This document shows positions 52,573 to 64,000 of a stretch of DNA of 64,000 bases, one piece after another (the stretch's first letter is position 1; the number at the start of each line of letters is the position of its first letter). The position numbers and the translations under genes are program-made. Location of the stretch: the NCBI GenBank assembly GCA_020137815.1, contig CM035350.1:4898001-4962000 (forward strand), written 5' to 3'. Origin of the DNA: Hormiphora californensis (lineage: Eukaryota > Animalia > Ctenophora). A model generated the notes under the pieces. The model saw only the letters and a program-made list of their open reading frames with translations. It did no database searches and was not told where the DNA came from.

Positions 52573-55500
52573 TCAGTGTCGCTTACAGAGGTGCATGAAC
52601 TGGCAGATTTTCTCTCCGTTCATATCATCAAGCTGTCCGTGAAGAACTTCAAACACAAGATCCACGCCTTCATCGACAGCAGCCGTGCACTGAGAAGGAA
52701 ATATTGTGTTAAAATGTGATAAGATGCAGGGAAAAGGGGCTCAAAATGGCTCTGAGTTTCGACTTGGCTTGGATACGAATTCAAGTCAGACTACACAGTG
52801 ACTGTACTGTACACACGTCACACTACACAGTGTACAGCTGTGTACACTGTACACACTATACACGTACTACACAATCACGCGCCTGTACTGCACTGTGTAG
52901 TGTGTACACTGTGTACACTGTACAGTGTACTGCTGCAGTGTACACACTACACACTACACAGTGCAGTACAGGCGCGTGATTGTCATTCTCGTTATCTCAC
53001 GAGGGGAGTTTGACAGGCGACACTTTCGTCACATGGGAAACTCCGCGCGTCACGCACATGATCACATGAGAGTTTTTGACACCCGCGGTATGGGACAGAT
53101 AGTGCGTCACATGCAGTACTTGGCAGACAACTTACAATTCGAGAGAATGGTCCCATGAGTTTACAGGCGACCTCCAGTTGGCTTTGAATTAGTGTCTGGG
53201 TCTCGGGGCTGATAACGATAGCTCGGACCTCGTCAAATCCAGCAGTGCAAACATCACAAACTGTGGTTGTGTTGCCGCTCTCTGGGAGGAAAGAAGGGGT
53301 TAGTCACCTTTATATCAAGTATTAAGGAATAATTAGCTACTTATATCCGGCGAACAATTCGAAAGATGAGGCGGTTATTACCTGGGCAGAAATCCAGTAG
53401 GACACAAGCATCATGATCCTCGAAGGTTCCATAGACATCCCTGATCTTTGCAAAGACGGCAGAGGTGAACTTGCCAGCGTAAGTCTCACACTAAAGGAGA
53501 GTTAAGGGGTTGGAAAAGTAAATAATTGTCAGAATTAGTCGGTAAACACCCCCAATTATACCAAGCTACGTTCTCTAGTGTACCATTTTGCTGAGGGGTC
53601 CGGTGAAGTGGCAAGCGAACTTGATATCAGTATCGACCATTGCTTCGGTGGTGGGGTTGGTCATGATGTCCCTAGATAGTTTCAAAGTATCCTCACACAT
53701 CTCACACAGAGGGCCGGGCTGGTTGGTCAGGGCCAGGGAATCTAGGGAGGGGGATTTGGAATCTTGACTTTGATAAATGGCAGCTATCATTGACCATTAA
53801 GTTTTTGGTTAACTGAGCCCAGATAGTGGGTTAACCTCAACTACAGATACGGCATTGGCAGGCAGGAATCTGGGGGGGTTTGGGGGGATTTGGATCTTGA
53901 CTAGGCCAGCTATCTGCCACAATTCTTGAAGTTTTAATACTCACTCATGACAATAGAAAACTCTCGTGTATTAATCTACCTTTGGCACATGGGCGATGGC
54001 AGAGTGTTGGTAGTCCGGACTTGAGATCTATGATCAAGATAACATCTTCAATATTTCCAGTCTTCCCATCCTTAGAAGTTGTTGTACCGGAGTCTGGCGT
54101 CAGTCACAATCCTATACCACTCTACTCCCTTCTAAAGGCATCACAGGTTGGGTCGGGCCCACTACCCGAGAGTGTCGGTGTTCCTCATTTGTACAAGGCT
54201 CCCCATTTGGCAAGTCCAAAGATCCCCCATCCCAGTTCTAAGGACACACACATCACGGCTGTCTTCATACGGAGGCTACAAAGCTGGCAAGAAACTCCTC
54301 CATTTAAATCGGGGGTGTCGGGATAAGGTGATCAGTAGGGTGGTCAGAACTGGAACCCCACTCTGGGTAGTTTTGAGGAAGTGACAACGAAGGACAAGTG
54401 CTACTTACCCAACCCCCACTACTAGGTTCTAGAGCACTCCGGGGCCCATACGAAGGTAAATCTGGTCGCCCCAGGGGGCCCCACATTACCCTTCTAAAAG
54501 TCAGTGTCCAAAGGGTACAAGTCTTGGCACACTGGAAAAATTTGACAGTTAGGGGAAAGGGTGTCTGAGAGAGTGGGACAAGGTTGGGGACGAGGCCGCG
54601 CCCGTAGTTAAGGCACGAGTGTGAGAAGGGTCAGTGGGTCAGCCCAGCCCCCCCACTAGGCGGTTAAAGGCTGACGGAGCTGAGAGGGGTAGAAGTCGGG
54701 TCAGGGCCGGGCCCGCTGCTAGTAGTGAGGCATGGGTGTGATGGGAAGGGTTAAGATGAGAGTGGGGGGGTGTTTTTGAACTGTTGAGCGCCTCATTGGA
54801 GGGGGGGGGTTCAGTCGGACGTAGTGGAAAGAGCGAGGAGGGGGTCAGTTGCAGGTGAGGGCGAAGGCGGGCAAGAGACTCTCATGGAAGAGGAGGAAGG
54901 AGGAGGAGGGGTGTGAAGAGAGTAGGGGTATAATCATGGTCATAGTGAGGATGGTTGTTGAGGAAATTGCTATGGAGTGGGGGTTTTGGGGGAGGGGGGG
55001 GGGGTCTGACAATGATGGGGGGGTTTATGGTCCACACTAAAAGAGCCCCTGAAGCAGTTACCATTCCGTAGTCCAGCACCTGCCCAACTCGAGAAGGGGG
55101 AGGGAGGGGGGGGGGGTTTTGGTGGTTACATAACAGCTATAAAAGAGCCCTTGAAGATTGACTTCTCTGTGGACCAGCAACTGCACAACTTACCACAAAC
55201 TGCATGGGACCAGTGGCCTTGCAGATGGTCTCAGCGTAGGTCTCCAGGACTCGTCGGAAGGAGGGTTCGTTGATGGTGTACCTTGCGACACCCATGGCAT
55301 CCACACAGACATCACACACCTTACCTTCAAGGGCCAACTCTGGAAGAAGTTATATTGGGACTGGGGATAAAAGGGGCGTTGGTAGGTAAGTATACAGGTA
55401 GGTATACAGTTTCAAGCTAAATTTTCCTCACTCCCTAGTGATCCCTATGGATGGAGTTTTCCAACACTTCTCTCCATTCTGTCAGAGCATTGGCAGCTGA

Positions 55501-56183
55501 CAGTCTCCATTTGACATACCATTCGTTCGAGGACACAGGTGCATCAGCTGACAGACGTCCTCAGGTCCCCAGATGTTAGTTACCTCCCTGATTACCGCAA
55601 AGTTATTCTTGATCACAAGAGACATGGTGTCTATGCACTCTTGTCGGAGGGAGGGGAAGGGAACAGCACTGCAAGCCAACTCGGACATATCTGTTATCAG
55701 TTTCTGCAGAAGGGGTAGGTGGTTAGAGTATAGTCTAAATTCTGAATTAAGGTTGAGATAATTTATGAAGATAAAATATAAAGGTAGCAACTTATGACCG
55801 CAACCTCTCACCGGCTCACCCAAACAAATTACAAATATGGCCACAAACCAACACACAAACATGTTGAGGTTCAGACGCAAGTAAAACCAAAACAGCTGTG
55901 ACAATATTTACCTCGACTTGATCGGCAGTGGTGGCAGCCTGGACAGCGCTCATGGTGTCCACACACAGTTTACACACCGTCCCATTTCCTCGCTGGATGG
56001 AAAACCCTGGGAAAAAGAAGAGAGCTGGTATAACGACCACAGGGAGACAAGAACAAGTTACACTGGAAAAACAAGAGAATACTAATCACTGCCAGATCAA
56101 CTTTCCTAAAAACAAAATTTCATTTGATGGACTGTACCTGAAGATAGGGCGAGGAGGGCAGAGAGAAGGAAAACTCGAAGCAT
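52573..56183 (-). CDS. Secreted saposin-like precursor with four SapB domains
   Basis: Signal peptide MLRVFLLSALLALSSG (56183-56138). SapB1 VCKLCVD..|..LACSAVP...EC...PEDVCQLMHLCP. SapB2 VCDVCVD...ICKATGPM (second half unclear). SapB3 LCEMCED...ACHFTGP|CETY...DACVLLDFCP. SapB4 VCDVCTA...ACKLMGP|CTAAVD...KICQFMHLCKRH* (last exon ~52690-52573). Confidence 0.85.
52795..52970. repeat. Low-complexity cactacacagtgtac-type repeat
   Basis: Reiterated tacac/gtgta/actg motifs in the last intron of the saposin-like gene. Confidence 0.7.
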
Positions 56184-56794
56184 TGTGATGGAGGGTGGTA
56201 AGATTAGAGAACTTTCACCCCATACCCTCCCTTTATACCCCAGTTCGTTTGACTTGCATGATGTTGCGGTCACGCTGATCAAATTAGTAAGGTGCGTTGT
56301 TATCGCATATACGGCCACAAGCTTTTTTCTTATGCTGTGGAGATAGCAGGCAAGAGGAGGAGGGAGAGAGAGAGAGAGAGAGAAAGAAAGAGAGAGAGGA
56401 GGGGGCGAGAAAGGTTGAGAAACTGCGACATATCATATGGTATTCTACCGTACAATTCGGTAGAAGTCGAAGTACCATACTTGCTCTGATTCTGTATCTA
56501 AAGCACATCTCTGGAATGTGTGATTTAAACCGAGTCAGATCCGGTAGTTCCGGTTTCGTGATAAAAAGATACCATTTTTAGCAACATACTTGTGTGGGGT
56601 GATTTTAGAATGTCTTAAAGTAGCAAGAATCAAGATAATCTTGTTGGGTAAAAGTAACAGTGTAAGTACCAATGGAAACTTGTTTTGTACAAACTCTAAC
56701 AGTCTAACTTGGCAAATGGAAAGAATACCAATACTATCTTAGTAGTTAGTACCTACTTCTAAAAACCCTTTCTCAAGAACTTTTTGTCTTACTA

Positions 56795-57810
56795 GACCAG
56801 TCATATGATGCATGATAGGGAACATAATTGATCTAAATGTGATTCCACTTCTAGGGCACTCCAATAGGTCCCTAGAACCACCAAAAAAATTTGTCAATCT
56901 TCATCAAATGAATAAATGTGGTTTTTGGGCCACGCCCTTATACCTGTATTTTCAGTCATGTGGTCAAAACTGAAAACCATCTTAGGAAACGAGTAGAGAA
57001 GAAATCAAGGGTACTAAAGTGTGTAGCGTCCTCGCATTAGTGGGGGTAGGTGCCGGAATTAAGTCTCTATCTCATCTGGTTAATTAGATAATTGGATAAT
57101 TAGGTATGCGCATAACCGTTTTTTGGCTATATGGCTATAGCCACTTATAAATGGTTTAGAGACTTTTCACTGGTGCCATTTTGTAGGCAATGGCCAAGTT
57201 ATGGGGGGTCGACGTCGGACTTTTAAGCTCTATCTCCAACCGTTTAGCCGTTATTTCGATTCAAAGGTGCTGAAAATGAGTAAAAATCGGGCTTTTTCCC
57301 GTTTTTTGCTCATTTTCAGCACCTTAAAAGCCAAATAACGGCTAAACGGTTGAAGATAGAGCTTAAAAGTCCGACGTCGACCCCCCATAACTTGGCCATT
57401 GCCTACAAAATGGCACCAGTGAAAAGTCTCTAAACCATTTATAAGTGGCTATAGCCATATAGCCAAAAAACGGTTATGCGCATACCTAATTATCCAATTA
57501 TCTAATTAACCAGATGAGATAGAGACTTAATTCCGGCACCTACCCCCACTAATGCGAGGACGCTACACACTTTAGTGCCCTTGATTTCTTCTCTACTCGT
57601 TTCCTAAGATGGTTTTCACTTTTCAGTTTTGACCACATGACTGAAAATACAGGTATAAGGGCGTGGCCCAAAAACCACATTTATTCATTTGATGAAGATT
57701 GACAAATTTTTTTGGTGGTTCTAGGGACCTATTGGAGTGCCCTAGAAGTGGAATCACATTTAGATCAATTATTTTTTTTCCGGTCCAAAACCGACATCAT
57801 ATGACTGGTC
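56795..57810. mobile_element. ~1-kb near-perfect fold-back element (MITE) with TA flanks
   Basis: TA-gaccagtcatatgatg...catcatatgactggtc-TA. Arms ~56824-57290 and ~57299-57771 are near-exact reverse complements; centre ~57294. Confidence 0.92.
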
Positions 57811-57979
57811 TATACAGGTCTTTCGTTTATCTTAGCACAGAGCTGCAGCGTTACTATAGGCAACTTTTGGGATTTCATGGTCTAAAGTTGCCTGTAGTTG
57901 TACACTCTGCAAAGTGCAACACTGCCAGCAGCAGCTGAACCAGCTTCTATTGTCTTTCTGTTTAACTGGAGCTCAGTAC

Positions 57980-58088
57980 CAGGAACCGACCGAATCAGGA
58001 AATACCGGTCCCTGATTGGCTGATAACCAGTCACGTGACCTAAATAACGAGTTCTGATTGGTTGTTTACTTGTGTCGGTCGGTTCCTG
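57980..58088. mobile_element. 109-bp hAT-type MITE with 8-bp TSD
   Basis: TIR caggaaccgaccga/tcggtcggttcctg; direct repeat ctcagtac at 57972-57979 and 58089-58096. Confidence 0.92.
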
Positions 58089-58135
58089 CTCAGTACCAAC
58101 TCGAAACATTTCTGACAATTATATATCGCCCTCTC

Positions 58136-61252
<3,117 letters not shown>

Positions 61253-64000
61253 CTGTGAAATAATTGAGGATGTTACTACTTATTAGTTGTTTGTCAGTTT
61301 TTTTTTAGGTGTTGGGGGTTATGTTGTGTCAGTGTCCCTACTTAGTCGATGGAAAAGTTTTTGGGTGGGGGGTACCTGAGGACGTTTTTGGAATGACAGC
61401 ATTGGTGGGGGGGGATGGGGGGTTTTGGGGGGGGACCATGTTGGGGGGTCATTTTCCCGGGCCCCGCTCCGGTACCCTTTTCTCTTTTCAAAGTTTTTTA
61501 GTAGGTTACCATACCCCTTATAACTCTGTAATTTTTTTTGCTGTGCTTCTAAAAAACTCCCCCCCCTCATAATCCTCCTTGTCATATAATCCCCATGGGG
61601 GATTCTAAAAAAAAGGATGTGGTTTAAAAAGCACTAAACCCATAAAAAATATTAAAATTTTGGTTGACTTTTGAAAAGACCGGGGGCAGAAAGGTTGCAA
61701 GGATCCAAATTTTGGGTCAAAAAAGGGGTCAAAAAAAGGGGGTTTTTTTCACCCTGAAGAAAAACTGAGAACAAACAAAATCGCATGTAAAAGGAGCGGC
61801 TAAAACACATTTGAGATGGCACAAAATTTAGATTTTTAAACTAGTTAGGGGCACCTTGGGGGTTTTAAAAAGTAAGGGAAAGGTTATTTTTCCCCCAAAA
61901 CGCGAGGGCTCCTTTTGAAAGTGAGGTTTAAATTTAAAAAACAAAAAGACTGTATCATGGGTAAACTAAAAACAAGAACGTGAAAATCTTGTGTCTGGGA
62001 GCACGTGTGGGGGGGGGGGCAGGGGGTTTGTAGGGGGGGATAGAAAAAAAAACCACAAATTTGCCGGAAGGGATAAAAACATCAACTTCTTTCGGCAATG
62101 GAACGGAGAAATCGATATTGAAAATTTTCTCGGAAAAAATTCAGGAGGGGAGGAGAGAGATAGAGAAGAGGGAAAGAGAGAGGGGGAGAGAGAGAGAAGA
62201 GCGGAGAGAAGAGAGAGGGGGAGAAGAAAGAGGGGAAGAAATATGGAAAAGTTTTTAAAAAACCCCCCACCCCCCCGTGGTTTTCTCAAAATGGCTTCTA
62301 TTTTTGTTTTAAACCTCCCCTAACTTAAGGGGAGGGAAAAAGCAGAAAAGGGTTTTAAAAAAAAAAAAAAGAGATTAGTTCAACAAAATTAAAAAAAAGA
62401 GCGAGTTTTTGATGTTTTGCTAAAGTTCTGCCATGCCGTGCCAATGTGGTTGCACATATCCGTTTTAAGGGGGGGGGAAAAAAGGGAAAACAGTTAAAAA
62501 AGGGGGGAAAAATTGACAACGAATCATGTTTGGGGACGGGGGAGAGAAAATCAAGACTGCAATAACATCCATGAAGATTGGTGACCCCTACACTAGCCGC
62601 GCACGGGGGGCCCCAAAAACGAAGCCCGCGAAGGGGGCGATTTAAAAAAAAATAATAGGGGATGGCTCACCAAAAAGAAGAGACGCAGAGAGAAGGAAAA
62701 AAATAGAGAGATAAAGAAGAAGAGATGAGATTGGGTTAGGGGGATGCTCAATTTTGATATTTGTGTCACAGAAGTGTGATCAAAAGCGGGAGATTGTTTC
62801 AATTCTTCACCAGTTCCCAGCATTTAAATGGGAGAAAAGAAAAAGGAGAGAGAAGGAGAACGAGAGAGAGAAGCAGAAAAGAGGAGAAACAGAAGAGACG
62901 AGTAAAAAAAGAAGAACAAAAAGGGAAAATCGGTTGAGAGTATTGAACTCCCCCCCAGACAAGAGTAGAACACGAGGTCCAACAGGTACAGCTTCACAGA
63001 GAAGCGAGAGAGACATGGCATCAGACTGAGAGAGAGAGAGAGAAGAGGCAGAGCGAGATAGAAGAGGAAGAGAGAGTGACAGAGCGGTAGAGAAGGACTG
63101 ACGAACGCTTACAGATGCAAGCTCAAGCGCATGAGCAGAAGCTGGGAGTCTCGGTAACCCCTTATCGGCAGCAGAGAACAGATATAGGGGAGAGAGAGAG
63201 AGGAAGAGAGAGGGAGACGAGAGAGAAAAGAGGAGTATCGCGACAGAGAGAGAGAAAGAGAGAGAGAGATGATACGAGAGCTGAAAAGAGAGGGGAATGA
63301 GAGACAAGAGAAGAGGATCTCGATGGTAGATTGCTGCGTAATGGGTCGATCAGCTAGCGAGAGCGCTGGGCAGCTCTCTCATCTGCAGGGAGCTCCTGCG
63401 CCTGACGGGGGATGGGCTTTCGCGATGGCATGCGATGATGACTGAGGAGAGGTGAGAGAGAGAGAGATGGAGAGAGAGAAAGCCGTGATGCAACTGTTCT
63501 ACTGTTGATCAGAGATGCTGCTGAGAAGTTAATAACACACATCGTGCACTAGTATGATGTCAATACTATCCCTTTAAACCAACACCTTTAAACCAACACC
63601 TTAACACAATTTAATCCCTCTTACTCCAATCGAATATCCACTATGACGTAGTGAAAAACAAGCTCATCGTATATTGAACTACTCAGAAGCAACTATAGTA
63701 GCTCGAGTCTGCCTGGATATATATGTATCTCTGTTAGGTAGGACTGATACAAAGTACTACGAGATACTATCGCACTGTGATAAAATGGGAAGATTGAAAA
63801 AGATCTAACCACAACTTTAGTGCTTGTCATAAGTAGCAAGAGAAATAGTGGGAGAGAAAGATGTAAAATGTGCTTGTTTTAATCGTAGTCGTGAGTCGTG
63901 GGAGCAATCGACGCGATGGTGTAATGGGTAATTCGAGAACAAGATAGACAAAGGGGGATATAATGAGGTGGGCTATTAATTTAAAGCTTGGTCGACTCGT

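Noticed and set aside
54110-55130. Possible degraded LINE fragment in the saposin intron
   Set aside because: Only faint resemblance, and the sequence looks error-rich; not supportable.
61290-63480. ORFs and purine-rich text upstream of the TPR exons (similar patches at 36720-36850 and 20400-20760)
   Set aside because: Dominated by expanded homopolymers and degenerate GA repeats typical of poor consensus; no credible coding signal.

Overview
Eukaryotic, intron-rich animal DNA, most likely a ctenophore. That is an inference from the ctenophore-type innexin and a 109-bp MITE that I recognise from Pleurobrachia gene models. Genes rebuilt by hand from GT-AG boundaries and codon phase: a 15-exon BC-box/LRR gene (+, 571-12796), whose 6-kb intron holds a Penelope retroelement and an antisense intronless ENT/SLC29 gene; a secreted-type protein with a cubilin-like N-terminal segment, a short collagen stretch, a coiled coil and an unrecognised beta-rich domain (-, 15883-20818); ANKIB1 (-, ~30407-46759), with an antisense intronless glutaminase homologue lacking key catalytic residues nested in one intron; an innexin only 136 nt downstream of CFAP141 on the same strand; a four-SapB saposin-like precursor; and a TTC22/IFIT-like TPR gene. 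Non-coding DNA is rich in (GA)n microsatellites, fold-back MITEs and minisatellites. Best leads: tandem arrays of complete 3' splice-site modules at real exon acceptors, a possible CFAP141-innexin dicistronic unit, a nested pseudo-glutaminase, the cubilin-NTD/collagen protein, and a TIR element that inserts into (TC)n. Single-base frameshifts in several conserved genes and homopolymer-rich patches suggest consensus indel errors, so frameshifts are not treated as evidence of pseudogenes.
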